A stretch of 32,000 nucleotides of DNA from Halomicronema hongdechloris C2206 (GCF_002075285.3 NZ_CP021983.2:3270001-3302000); one strand, 5' to 3'; shown: positions 7,968 through 17,078, counted from the stretch's first letter. Translations and numbers: made by a program. Notes: a model not told the origin generated them from the sequence alone.

Positions 7968-8981
7968 ATTTACTCGCCGTTTCAAAGATAGTTCTAAACT
8001 GTTCTTTCAGACCATGCATTTCCGCTAATTTAGGAGAGGCATCTCTAATTTCATTAAGCTTATTTTGCTGCACTTCTGTCAAATTATCTTCCGGTTTAAG
8101 TAACGCATATTTACTCTGCTTAAGTGCCTGTCTTACAACCTTGTTCTCAGGGGTATCAGGAGCCGCATTCGCTTCTCTCTTGAGCTGATTCCGAGTCCGA
8201 TTTAACTCATCGTTAACTAGCTTCATAATATGGAATCGGTCCGCTACAATATCAGCATTCGGAAGATACTTATTCACAAAACTTCGGTAGTTTCCGGACA
8301 AATCAATACTGACTTCAAGAATGTGCTCTAACACCTATTGGCCCCAGCCTTCCAGCACTCTCAGCATGTCAACCTGCTTGCGAGAAGGAGCTAAACCAAT
8401 CAGATTATGTGTGTCTAAATCTACAAATACGACAATATAATCTTCATGCCCCTTACGCAACGCAATCTCATCAATTCCGAGGCGGCGCAGCCCATGAGGA
8501 TTGACCTTTAGGTCTTTTTTGCAATGTACTTGACAATCGAGGCCACCTCCTCATCTGTCAATCCATTATTCATCGCGACGTTATGGGCATCGCTATGAAT
8601 CAATTGCTGCACCATGGCTTTGCAAAATCGATCGGTATGTTTCCGCCGTTTCCCGACAAAGTTTAATGGTTCACTAAAGGGTTTACCGAAGGTCAGACAC
8701 TTGAACTGCCGTCGATTAACTCTGAGTAACACCGTCCGGTCACTGATGCTTAGATCCCGCACAAGATAGGGATGATTCTGATGAACATGATGACTGTCTT
8801 GGTGACAGCGAGGACAGGTTGCTCGGTCAGTCTGAGCTTCAACATCTAGAATCAGCTGGTCACCGAGGTCGTAGTAATCTTCAACTTCAACCCCAGGCAA
8901 ATTCAGAAGCTTGGTTAGAAGGGGTTGCATTGTCTTTTCCTGTATAGCTCGCTACATTAGCATAATAAACCCAATAGAACC

Positions 8982-9003
8982 AACCCTTCTTAGGGATTGA
9001 AAC
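8982..9003 (+). repeat. CRISPR repeat 2, 3' part, including the 8-bp target-site duplication
   Basis: AACCCTTC (duplicate of 6164-6171 AATCCTTC) followed by TTAGGGATTGAAAC. Joining 6149-6171 to 8990-9003 restores a 37-nt repeat. Confidence 0.85.
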
Positions 9004-9038
9004 CAACTGGATCAGCATCTGGCAAAACGCCCCGGCGT

Positions 9039-9075
9039 GTTCCAATCAACAAAAACCCTTCTTAGGGATTGAAAC
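9039..9075 (+). repeat. CRISPR repeat 3 (canonical, 37 nt)
   Basis: Exact match to the consensus. Confidence 0.9.
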
Positions 9076-9363
9076 TTGACATATTGACTAACCCTAAGAA
9101 CCCAAAATAAAAGACAAAACTTTAATGCGGGGCGGTTAAAACCGCTGCTATACAATCGAAGTCGGCCTGTGCCGACTATCTTACTGAGAGGTCCAGGCCT
9201 AGGAGCGGCGTGGTATCTTCTCGTCGACACGGTCGCGGGGTTAACCGCTACATGCCCGGTTGCTGCAATTCCTGTCTAGCGAGGTTGATGCACAGTTCCC
9301 GGTAGCCAGTTTGAGGGTCGATTTCTTGCCTGAAGCTGTAGCCAGGCAAAGCTGCGATCGCAG

Positions 9364-9400
9364 GTTCCAACCAACAAAAACCCTCTACAGGTCTAAATGA
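9364..9400 (+). repeat. Degenerate terminal CRISPR repeat
   Basis: GTTCCAACCAACAAAAACCCT matches the consensus with one mismatch. The 3' half (CTACAGGTCTAAATGA) has diverged. Confidence 0.6.
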
Positions 9401-9666
9401 GACTCATTTGGCATCAATCGAGGATGTTTAGGATCAGTCCCCCCGTCTAGCGCCAGCCCAGAAGGTTTTACTGATCTCGCCGCCCCTGAAATCTGCCACG
9501 ATGCTCCGCCGGTCTAAGGGGCCAAAGTGAAGAGGCGTCTTACTGGACGTTGTGATACGCTCTGTGGGTAGGGAAGGCATGATGCAAAAGGCTCAAATCA
9601 AGGGCAGGCCAATGATAGTATGACCAGCTTGCTGCTAATAGATACGCAATTTGTGGACCCGGTTGC

Positions 9667-10242
9667 TTACTGGTGTTCTAACAGAGTAGAGAGTATCTGC
9701 TTGCCGCAACAGGCGATACCTGAGCAATGCTGCAACATAGCAATGACTACAGTTCCTTCCATGATAATCATCACCTGTCGGGTTATTCCTTCTGGATCGG
9801 ATAAATTAGCCGCCTGGACTAATCCCAGGATGTAGTCAAAGGTGAGCTGTTGATGCTGCATGGAAACTTGATAGCCAGGATGGTTGGGGTCCACCAGCTC
9901 GACGGTGGAATTGAGAAAGGCACAGCCGCGAAAGTCGGGCTGATTAAACCATTCTTCCAGCACATCGAACATGGCCAATAGGCGATCGAGGGGCTCTGTG
10001 GCCGATTGCTCCACCCGAGTCTGAAACCAACTGCGCCAGGCTTCGTCCTGCTGCAGCAGCCAAGCGGCAATTAAGGCATCCTTTGACTTGAAGTGGTTAT
10101 AGAGGGACATCTTGGCAACCCCCGATTCGGCAATGATGCGATCGATGCCGACGTTCTGCACCCCTTCTCGATAAAAAAGATCAGCGGCGGTTGCCAAGAT
10201 GCGATCGCGTGCAGAGGACCGGGACGATTGCGTACGAGCCAT
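9667..10242 (-). CDS. TetR/AcrR-family transcriptional regulator
   Basis: HTH signature RDRILATAADLFYREGVQNVGIDRIIAESGVAKMSLYNHFKSKDALI. The likely start is the internal ATG at 10242 (MARTQSS...) rather than the track start at 10350. Confidence 0.85.
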   Translation of the reverse strand: MARTQSSRSSARDRILATAADLFYREGVQNVGIDRIIAESGVAKMSLYNHFKSKDALIAAWLLQQDEAWRSWFQTRVEQSATEPLDRLLAMFDVLEEWFNQPDFRGCAFLNSTVELVDPNHPGYQVSMQHQQLTFDYILGLVQAANLSDPEGITRQVMIIMEGTVVIAMLQHCSGIACCGKQILSTLLEHQ

Positions 10243-10522
10243 GAAGCTTTGTATAGACAGGTCTGTATAACTACAGTATATCAAGGCACGTTGAGATAAG
10301 CTTGTCTCATTGGAGAGCGTTTTATGGCTGAGTGAGAAGATCTGGGTCATTGTGAGACTGACCCAGAATCATGATCAAGCGGCTCTAGCTGGCTGCCAAT
10401 CCTGTGATGGGTTGGCTGCAACCTTTAATGGCAGCTGGATTCTTTAATGTGCCGGTTGGATCTTGCTTTGCTAGAGATGCGATCGCCTGCAAGCATGCCG
10501 GCAAGATGACCTAACCTCCCAT

Positions 10523-10993
10523 CTACTCAGCCAGCTTAAATTCTTGCAGGGCCGGCAGAAAGTTGCGATTTTCGTGGCCGGGGCGACTCAGTTTGTAGAG
10601 GGCAAACCGTTGCAAGGGGGTAAGGTTGGCCCATTTGTCTACCGGAATCGTGATGCCCAGGGCCTGAGCCTGTTCCTGGGTCTGGACCGGCACTGCCCCC
10701 GGCTGATGCCAAGGCGGCTCTGGATCGACTGCTAGATCTTTGGCCGGCGTCTGGGTGTGTTGCAGCACCAGCTGCTGCAGGTAGGTGCGATAGGTTTGGA
10801 TCTCAGCCTCAGTGCTACAAGGCCACTGGGCTAAGCTGTACCGCTCCTGGGCATCGAAGCGATGCCATTGATCGAGCTTGAGCTTGATGCCGCAGGTATC
10901 GAGCTTGAACCGCACCTGCATGGGAATGCAGCGCAGCGACTCGACGAAGTCGGCCTCAAAGGCAAAAAAAACGGGTTTCTCAGACATCACCAT
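10523..10993 (-). CDS. Nitrate reductase-associated protein (NarM-like), about 156 aa
   Basis: A small conserved-looking ORF immediately downstream of narB on the same strand. Its size and position match the cyanobacterial 'nitrate reductase associated protein' family. The assignment is by context and recollection, not by a diagnostic motif. Confidence 0.55.
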   Translation of the reverse strand: MVMSEKPVFFAFEADFVESLRCIPMQVRFKLDTCGIKLKLDQWHRFDAQERYSLAQWPCSTEAEIQTYRTYLQQLVLQHTQTPAKDLAVDPEPPWHQPGAVPVQTQEQAQALGITIPVDKWANLTPLQRFALYKLSRPGHENRNFLPALQEFKLAE

Positions 10994-11093
10994 AGATCTT
11001 GAATCAGACTTCCCCAGTGTTGATACTGCTGGCGAAAAACTTTCCTACGAGTGGGTAGCCAGTGATGACTGTCGCCAGTGGCATCATCATCGC

Positions 11094-13298
11094 CTACAGT
11101 GGTGAAGCCCCCACTGGCATGGCTTCCGGATGCGCCTGCTGCATCGGGGCCGTCACCGTATCCGAGACTGGTGTGATATGCACGGCACAGGCTTTCAGTT
11201 CCGGTTCCAGGGAGACGGGGCAGACTTCTGGGTGAGTCAGGGCGTTACACTCAGCTGCTGTGGCCCAGAGGACGCCCCAATGCATGGGCAAGAAGACGGT
11301 GCCGCGGCGAATGGTCTGGGTGACTCGCAGTTTTACCCGCACCTGGCCACGACGCGATCGCACCTCTACCCACTGGCCCGACTGCAGGCGCAGTTCCTGG
11401 GCATCGCGGGGATTCATCTCCAGCAGTGGTTCAGCATACATGGTGCGGGTCTTCTCGATGCGGCCGGTGCGAGTTTGGGTGTGCCAGTGGCCATAGAGGC
11501 GCCCAGTGGTGAGCACAAAAGGAAATTCTGGGCTGGGCGGTTCTGCTAAGCCGCGGCTGTGGAAGGACGCGAAGCGGGCTCGGCCATCTGGGGTGGGAAA
11601 TCGCAAGTCTGTGTATAGCCGCTTGTCCATGGCCTGGCTGGGGTCGTCTGCGGGATAGGGCCATTGCTTGGGGCCTGGAGCCAGACACTCGTGGCTGAGG
11701 CCGGTCATGTCACAGACCCGCCCCCGGGTCAGCTGCACGAACTCGGTAAACACCTCGGCCGCAGACTGAAAGGCAAACTGTTCGGTAAAGCCGAGGCGGC
11801 GCCCTACTTCGGCGAAGATCTCCCAATCGGGGCGGGCCTCCGCTGCCGGCGGACAGAAAGCCGGACACAAGGTCACCACCCGCTCGGAGTTAGTCATGAC
11901 GCCGGTCTTCTCGCCCCACTGAGCCGCGGGTAGTAACAGATGGGCATAGGCGGCTGTCTCCGTGGGGTAGTAGGCATCCTGATACACCGTGAAGGGAGAG
12001 CGCCGTAACGCCGCCTGGGCCCGCTCTAGATCCGGTAAACTCACCGCCGGGTTGGTGGCCGCTACCCACAACAGTCCCACCTGATTTCGCTCTAGGGCCC
12101 GCACCATTTCCCAGGTATCTAAGCCTGGTGCCGCCGCAATGCTGCCTGCTGGCAACTGCCATGCCTGTTCTAACACCTGACGATGCTCAGGATTCGCCAC
12201 CGAGCGATAGCCCGGCAGCAGATGGGCTAGGCCGCCGGCTTCTCGTCCTCCCATGGCATTGGGCTGGCCGGTTAAGGAGAATGGCCCTGCTCCCGGTTTC
12301 CCCACTTGGCCGGTCATTAAGTGTAGGTTGATCAGCGTCCGCACCTTGGCCGTGCCCTCGGCCGATTGGTTTAAACCCATGGACCACAGGGATAGCACTC
12401 GCTCAGCCTCGGCCCAGTAGCGGGTGGCCGTCTCTAGCTCTGGCACCGTGATGCCACACGCCTGGGCCACCTTCTCGGGCGGATACTGCTCAACCACGGC
12501 GGCGTAGTCGGTAAAGCCATGGGTGCATTCCTCGATGAAGAGGGCATCCAGCTTACACCAGCGCAGCAACAAATGGGCCATGCCGTTGAGCAGGGTGATG
12601 TCGCTGCCCGGCTTAATGGCTAAATGCAGATCGGCATCCTTGGCGGTCTCGGTGCGACGGGGATCGACCACCACTAATTTCACCTGGCGATTCTTCTTGT
12701 GGTGCTTGCGCAGGCGATTGAAGACGATGGGATGGCATTCCGCCGTATTGGAGCCGATGATGAAGGCACAGTCTGTCAGTTCTAGGTCGGCATAGCAACA
12801 GGGAGGGCCATCGGAGCCAAAGCTCTGCAGGTAGCCGGCCACCGCCGAGGCCATGCAGAGACGAGAATTGGCATCGAAGTTATTGCTGCCCAGGCAGCCC
12901 TTCATCAGCTTTTGGGCAATGTAGTAATCCTCGGTCTGAAACTGACCGGACCCATACATGCATAGCGCCTCGGGGCCCAACTGCTGCCGCACCGTCTGGA
13001 TCTTGTCGGTTAGCACCGTCAGGGCCTCGTCCCAACTCACCTGCTGAAAGGGCTGCTCCAGGGAGGAGCGCAGCATCGGGTGTTTCAGCCGATCTTTATT
13101 GAGGGCCTCGCCCACCGTGGCCCCCTTGACACAGACCTGCCCTTTGCTGGAGGGATGGTTGCGATCGCCCCGGGTCTGCCAGAGGGGAAACCCCTGACTA
13201 TCGCGTTGCACCGGTCGACCACGGCGGGCTGGGGGCAATACCTCTAAGCCGCAGCCAACACCGCAGTAAGGGCAGAGGGTCTTGGTGGCGTCAGTCAT
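11094..13298 (-). CDS. narB: Assimilatory ferredoxin-nitrate reductase (molybdopterin oxidoreductase)
   Basis: N-terminal 4Fe-4S motif [10 protein letters not shown]...C...KG. Bis-MGD oxidoreductase length (~735 aa). Sits in an operon with nirA and nrtP. The start is either 13298 ([13 protein letters not shown]) or 13322. Confidence 0.9.
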   Translation of the reverse strand: MTDATKTLCPYCGVGCGLEVLPPARRGRPVQRDSQGFPLWQTRGDRNHPSSKGQVCVKGATVGEALNKDRLKHPMLRSSLEQPFQQVSWDEALTVLTDKIQTVRQQLGPEALCMYGSGQFQTEDYYIAQKLMKGCLGSNNFDANSRLCMASAVAGYLQSFGSDGPPCCYADLELTDCAFIIGSNTAECHPIVFNRLRKHHKKNRQVKLVVVDPRRTETAKDADLHLAIKPGSDITLLNGMAHLLLRWCKLDALFIEECTHGFTDYAAVVEQYPPEKVAQACGITVPELETATRYWAEAERVLSLWSMGLNQSAEGTAKVRTLINLHLMTGQVGKPGAGPFSLTGQPNAMGGREAGGLAHLLPGYRSVANPEHRQVLEQAWQLPAGSIAAAPGLDTWEMVRALERNQVGLLWVAATNPAVSLPDLERAQAALRRSPFTVYQDAYYPTETAAYAHLLLPAAQWGEKTGVMTNSERVVTLCPAFCPPAAEARPDWEIFAEVGRRLGFTEQFAFQSAAEVFTEFVQLTRGRVCDMTGLSHECLAPGPKQWPYPADDPSQAMDKRLYTDLRFPTPDGRARFASFHSRGLAEPPSPEFPFVLTTGRLYGHWHTQTRTGRIEKTRTMYAEPLLEMNPRDAQELRLQSGQWVEVRSRRGQVRVKLRVTQTIRRGTVFLPMHWGVLWATAAECNALTHPEVCPVSLEPELKACAVHITPVSDTVTAPMQQAHPEAMPVGASPL

Positions 13299-13402
13299 AA
13301 GCAAGCTGGAGTGACAGAACATCAGCCAGCCCGAAACAGTAGGGCTGTGTCGGGCTGGACAATGGATAGAAAAATGGCTGAGTTATGGCAATTGCTTACC
13401 GG

Positions 13403-13422
13403 TTGATTAACCGGTTAATCAA
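13403..13422. repeat. Perfect 20-bp palindrome in the nrtP-narB intercistronic spacer
   Basis: TTGATTAACCGGTTAATCAA equals its own reverse complement. It is flanked by two further inverted repeats (13326-13334/13350-13358 and 13428-13434/13464-13470, the latter enclosing a HIP1 site). Confidence 0.9.
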
Positions 13423-13482
13423 AGGCAGGGTAGCCCGGGGTTGAGATTTGCGATCGCAAGGGAGCTACCCCACCCCATAGAC

Positions 13483-15018
13483 CTATTCCTTCACCGGTAG
13501 GGGAGCCGGCGTAGACGGCGTCACATAGGCTTCTTCCCCTTCATGGAATTCAGCGAAGGAGCCCCGGGGTTCCTTCATGAAGAAGAAGCAGAGCATGGCC
13601 ACAACCACGCCAGCCACACCTAGCACCTGGAAAAAGATGCGATCGCCGATGACGCCTTCCGGCAACAGACTATAGATGGTGAGATAGGCCACCGCGCCCA
13701 CATTGCCGTAAGCCCCGACATTTCCGGCCACCTGACCAGTAATGCGGCGCTTCACCAGCGGCACCATGGCAAAAGTGGAGCCCTCAGCTGCCTGCACAAA
13801 GAAGGAGCAGACCATGGTCAAGGCAATGGCCAAGGGCAAGAGCCAGGCATTGGTGACAGTGCTCATCATCAGGTAGCCAATGCCCATACAGAGCAACAAT
13901 ACGGACATGGTCATCTTGCGGCTGCCCATGCGGTCAGAAATCAGACCGCCCCCCGGGCGAGACATCAGGTTCATGAAGGCATAGGTGGCCGCAATCATGC
14001 CAGCGGCCTGTTTGCTGAGGCCGAAGGTGAGCTCGAAGAAGGCCGGCAACATGGAGACCACGGCCAACTCGGAGCCAAAGTTAACGATGTAGGTTAGCTC
14101 TAACAAGGCTACCTGGGAGAAGGGATAGCGATCTTCGGGGGCATAGCGCTTGCGGCCGGTGAGTAGCTCCTGGTTGACGTGCCAGCAGTTGTAGGCCTGA
14201 TATAGATAGAGACCCGCCAAGACGATCAGAGTAATAGCAAAGGTGCCATCATTGAGGAAACCAATGCCCTTGAGGCGCCAAGCTAGCACCGCCAGAATAC
14301 CGACTAGGGGCAAGTTCATGGCCATCAAGAACCAGAAATCCCGCTGACTGGTCACTTCAACACCACGGGTACTGTGGGGCCGCTGATAGGGCTTACCCGG
14401 CGGGGTATCTTCCACGCTGAAGTAATAGAGAATGCCATAGAGGGCGGCAATGATGCCGGTGGCGGCGATGGCCATGCGCCAGTTTAGTAGGGGACCATCG
14501 GCCACTTGAAAGGCTCCGGGAAAGAAGCTGAGAAAAGTGGCTAAGCCCACCATAGTAAAGGCAGAGGCAGCAGAGCCGAAGTTGCCCCAGCCACCGTAGA
14601 TGCCCTCGGCCAGGCCGATTTCCCTAGGTGGAAACCATTCCGCCACCATGCGGATGCCGATGACGAAGCCAGCGCCCACAATACTCAGAGCCAGGCGCGC
14701 TGCCACCAGTTGGCTGAAGTTTTGGGCAGCGGCAAAAGCAATACAGGGAATAGCGGCATAGATCAGCAGCAGGGAGTAGGTTAGGCGGGGGCCATACTTA
14801 TCCAGCAACATGCCGATGATGATCCGGGCAGGGACGGTCAGGGCTACGTTACAGATGGCAATGGTGCGAATCTGCCCGGCATCGAGACCAAACTCTTCCT
14901 GAATCGCCGTAGCTAAGGGAGCCAAGTTAAACCAGACGACGAAGGATAGGAAGAAGGCAAACCACGTCATGTGGAGGATTTTATAGCGGCCTCGTAAGGA
15001 CCACATCTCAGCAAGCAT
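13483..15018 (-). CDS. nrtP: MFS nitrate/nitrite permease (NNP family, NrtP/NapA type)
   Basis: 511-aa, 12-TM-type hydrophobic protein located between nirA and narB. The N-terminus (WFAFFLSFVVWFNLAPLATAIQEEFGL) and the G-rich NNP signatures (GGWGNFG, AGNVGAYGNVGA) are typical of this family. Confidence 0.85.
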   Translation of the reverse strand: MLAEMWSLRGRYKILHMTWFAFFLSFVVWFNLAPLATAIQEEFGLDAGQIRTIAICNVALTVPARIIIGMLLDKYGPRLTYSLLLIYAAIPCIAFAAAQNFSQLVAARLALSIVGAGFVIGIRMVAEWFPPREIGLAEGIYGGWGNFGSAASAFTMVGLATFLSFFPGAFQVADGPLLNWRMAIAATGIIAALYGILYYFSVEDTPPGKPYQRPHSTRGVEVTSQRDFWFLMAMNLPLVGILAVLAWRLKGIGFLNDGTFAITLIVLAGLYLYQAYNCWHVNQELLTGRKRYAPEDRYPFSQVALLELTYIVNFGSELAVVSMLPAFFELTFGLSKQAAGMIAATYAFMNLMSRPGGGLISDRMGSRKMTMSVLLLCMGIGYLMMSTVTNAWLLPLAIALTMVCSFFVQAAEGSTFAMVPLVKRRITGQVAGNVGAYGNVGAVAYLTIYSLLPEGVIGDRIFFQVLGVAGVVVAMLCFFFMKEPRGSFAEFHEGEEAYVTPSTPAPLPVKE

Positions 15019-15166
15019 GGGTATTGTCTCCTTAGTAGATGGAAGTTGCGTGGGTAATCCCAGGGTGAGTCATGGCTCACGGTCAGGAATTCGCTCAGCC
15101 GCCGCTGAGCCAGGCGATCCCCTCGATGGATTGGGAATGACCTGAAAGAGGCGTGGGGATCGAAAC

Positions 15167-16753
15167 TTAGAGGGCCGTCACCGTATGGCCATTGTGCTGA
15201 CTCTGGTTGTCAGCCTCTCGAGGTTGGGCCTGAAAGTGATCGATCAACAGCTGTTGCATCACCTGGGGCAAGTCTTCGCAGGCCACCCCTTTCTGCACGC
15301 ACTGGCCCAGTTGGGCATCTTTGCCGACTTTCCCGCCCATATAGATGTCGACTCCCTCGACGGCTTGGCCATCCTTACGGACTTTGGTGCCCATGAGGCC
15401 AATATCAGCCACCTGGGGTTGCCCACAGGAGTTAGGACAGCCAGTCCAGTGGATACGCACGGGTTGGGGCACAGCCAGGGCCTGATCCAGGGACTGGGCC
15501 AGAGCCAGGGCTCGCTGTTTGGTTTCGATCAGGGCAAAGTTGCAGAAGCGAGAGCCAGTGCAGGATACCAGGGAACGCACTAGGGGAGTCGGTTCCAGGG
15601 AGAATTTCTGCAGCACTGGCTCCTGCAGAAACACCGGCAGGCGAGAATCTGGGATGTTGGGCAAAATCAAGTTTTGCTCCACGGTGAGCCGAATCTCGCC
15701 ATTGCCATAGACTTCAGCTAATCGGGCAATCTCGACCATGTCGTCTGCTTGCAGACGCCCCACTGGCACATGTAAGCCCACATAGTTAAGACCAGGCTGT
15801 TTCTGGGGATGGACACCGATATGATCTCGCTTATCCCAGTCGATCTCATCGGTGGCAGCTGCCCTGGCCAAGGGACGACCCATGGCGGCTTCGACGGTGC
15901 TGCGGAACCTGTCCAAGCCCCAATCATCGATCAGCCACATCAAGCGAGACTTCTGCCGATTCGCTCGCGGGCCATGATCCCGATACACTTCTAGGATGGC
16001 GCGGCACACATCCACCACCGTGTCGTCAGGGGGAACCCAGGCATCCAGGGGAATGGCGGCGGCACAGCGACGGGCGGAGAAAAAGCCTCCCACTAGGACG
16101 TTGAAGCCCAGTTGCTCCTCCCGATAAGCAGGAACGAAGGCGATGTCATTAATTTCGGCGTGGACTGAGTTATCCCGCCCGCCCTCAATGGCAATGTTGA
16201 ATTTACGGGGCAGATTGGTGAAGGCATAATTCCCGTCGCCATTGCCGGTAATCATGTCCTGGACTTTGCGAATTAGCCCCTGGGTGTCAATCAATTCATT
16301 GGCGTCTAGACCAGCCACCGGTGAGCCAGTGATGTTGCGGACATTGTCCATGCCAGACTGCACTGAGGTCATGCCGGCATGCTTGAGGCGCTGAAAAATG
16401 TCAGGGATATCTTCTAGACGAACGCCCCGGAGCTGCAGGTTTTGTCGAGTGGTAATATCGGCACTACCGTCATCGCCATAGCGTTGCACAATAGTGGCCA
16501 ACACCCGCAGTCTATGGCTATTCAAAACGCCGTTGGGCATGCGTAACCGTAACATGAATTTCCCAGGGGTAACCGGACGAAAGAAGATGCCCAGCCACTT
16601 CAGCCGTTGGGTTAAATCGGTTTCATCTACCGCTTCCCAACCCATTTGGGCCATTTCCTCAAGCTCGTCTTTAACCGCTAGGCCATCCTTTTCGGCCTTA
16701 TAGCGCTCAAACTTATTGAGTTTAGTGCCAGTCTTTTTTGAGGCTGAAACCAC
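15167..16753 (-). CDS. nirA: Ferredoxin-nitrite reductase
   Basis: 528 aa. Sirohaem/4Fe-4S cysteine motifs SCTGSRFCNFA and TGCPNSCGQ. N-terminus NKFERYKAEKDGLAV...RLKWLGIFFR. GTG start with AGGAAA upstream. First gene of nirA-nrtP-narB. Confidence 0.9.
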   Translation of the reverse strand: MVSASKKTGTKLNKFERYKAEKDGLAVKDELEEMAQMGWEAVDETDLTQRLKWLGIFFRPVTPGKFMLRLRMPNGVLNSHRLRVLATIVQRYGDDGSADITTRQNLQLRGVRLEDIPDIFQRLKHAGMTSVQSGMDNVRNITGSPVAGLDANELIDTQGLIRKVQDMITGNGDGNYAFTNLPRKFNIAIEGGRDNSVHAEINDIAFVPAYREEQLGFNVLVGGFFSARRCAAAIPLDAWVPPDDTVVDVCRAILEVYRDHGPRANRQKSRLMWLIDDWGLDRFRSTVEAAMGRPLARAAATDEIDWDKRDHIGVHPQKQPGLNYVGLHVPVGRLQADDMVEIARLAEVYGNGEIRLTVEQNLILPNIPDSRLPVFLQEPVLQKFSLEPTPLVRSLVSCTGSRFCNFALIETKQRALALAQSLDQALAVPQPVRIHWTGCPNSCGQPQVADIGLMGTKVRKDGQAVEGVDIYMGGKVGKDAQLGQCVQKGVACEDLPQVMQQLLIDHFQAQPREADNQSQHNGHTVTAL

Positions 16754-17078
16754 GGGGTTTTCCTCTAAACAACATCAAGATCTATGAAATACACTGTAAA
16801 ATCCCGAGACGTCATGGCCGTTGCAAGTGACCATTAGGCAACATAGATAGGATTTTGAGCGGGGAGTCATCCCTGGGGAACTCGCTGTGATGAACCATTA
16901 GTGGTTATCTTCCTGGGAGACTGTCAGCGCCTCTGTAAGAACGCCAACTTTGCCCGATGTGTGTCATGAAATTGACAAATATCAAGTCGTAACTCTCCCC
17001 TAGACGCATGATTCCTGCAGCAGCCAAGGCCCGATTTGAGACTTAAATGACGATTAGATAGCGGCCTAAGTTGTCAAC

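Larger units (their letters stand above)
6188..8930 (-). pseudogene. ISL3-family transposase, inactivated by a frameshift, an in-frame stop and an ISAs1 insertion
   Basis: The N-terminal Zn-finger part is 8930-8508 (CPRCH...). A frame change occurs at the A6 run (plus-strand T6, 8515-8520). The DDE region LGIDEIALRKGHEDYIVVFVDLDTH follows, then an in-frame TAG at 8337-8335. The middle part ADRFHIMKLV...FRTIFETASK runs to 7976. The C-terminal part WSEALF...NGTTNGIVEGINNRLKLIKRLGFGFSNFDNFELR is 6441-6188. Removing 6450-7975 rejoins ...FETASK|WSEAL... in frame. Confidence 0.85.
6172..8981 (-). mobile_element. ISL3-family insertion sequence inserted into a CRISPR repeat (decayed)
   Basis: Terminal inverted repeats GGCTCTATTGG (6172-6182) and CCAATAGAACC (8971-8981, one mismatch). 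An 8-bp flanking duplication AATCCTTC/AACCCTTC. The internal ORF fragments carry ISL3 transposase signatures. Confidence 0.85.
6075..9400 (+). CRISPR. Orphan CRISPR array remnant: three canonical 37-nt repeats (one split by an IS) plus one degenerate terminal repeat. No cas genes or recognisable leader in the window.
   Basis: Repeat GTTCCAATCAACAAAAACCCTTCTTAGGGATTGAAAC at 6075-6111, 6149-6171 plus 8990-9003 (split), and 9039-9075. Spacers are 6112-6148 (37 nt) and 9004-9038 (35 nt). The degenerate copy at 9364-9400 keeps the first ~21 nt. The 3' ATTGAAAC handle and the position of the degenerate repeat both indicate plus-strand transcription. Confidence 0.8.

Noticed and set aside
9186-9215. 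SRP (4.5S) RNA-like string GAGGTCCAGGCCTAGGAGCGGC
   Set aside because: It lacks the conserved GGAA tetraloop and the symmetric/asymmetric loop pattern of SRP domain IV. The resemblance is superficial.
9012-9230. 72-aa minus-strand ORF
   Set aside because: It reads straight through CRISPR repeat 3 and a spacer, giving FQSLRRVFVDWN, the same peptide as in ORF 5310..6155. It has no RBS and an Arg/Pro-rich low-complexity N-terminus. It is an artefact of the open frame in the repeat.
9295-9331. Possible additional degenerate CRISPR repeat, starting GTTCC with 32-nt spacing to the terminal repeat
   Set aside because: Only about 10 of 37 positions match the consensus, which is what chance would give. 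The spacing alone is insufficient.
653-9400. Type IV CRISPR-Cas (CasDinG) interpretation of the DinG-like helicase next to an array
   Set aside because: The 37-nt ...ATTGAAAC repeat is the cyanobacterial type I-D/III style. The array is on the opposite strand and separated by an RT-like remnant. None of the neighbouring ORFs looks like Cas5, Cas6, Cas7 or Csf1. The operon instead carries a PD-(D/E)xK nuclease.
10250-10269. Possible TetR operator palindrome TGTATAGACAGGTCTGTATA just upstream of the TetR start
   Set aside because: Only 14 of 20 positions are self-complementary, and the signal is mixed with GTATA direct repeats. That is too weak to call without comparative data.
11130-12800. 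Many 60-140-aa ORFs on both strands within narB (for example 11130..11549 and 11890..12162)
   Set aside because: They are off-frame or antisense ORFs, expected in GC-rich coding sequence. They carry no motifs and are fully nested in a well-supported gene. The same applies to similar ORFs inside nirA, the GGDEF/EAL gene, the SDR, the kinase and the nirB-like gene.
16934-16947. Second NtcA-like box, GTAAGAACGCCAAC (GT-N10-AC)
   Set aside because: It lacks the full GTA...TAC half-sites, and no TAN3T box lies 22 nt downstream on either strand.
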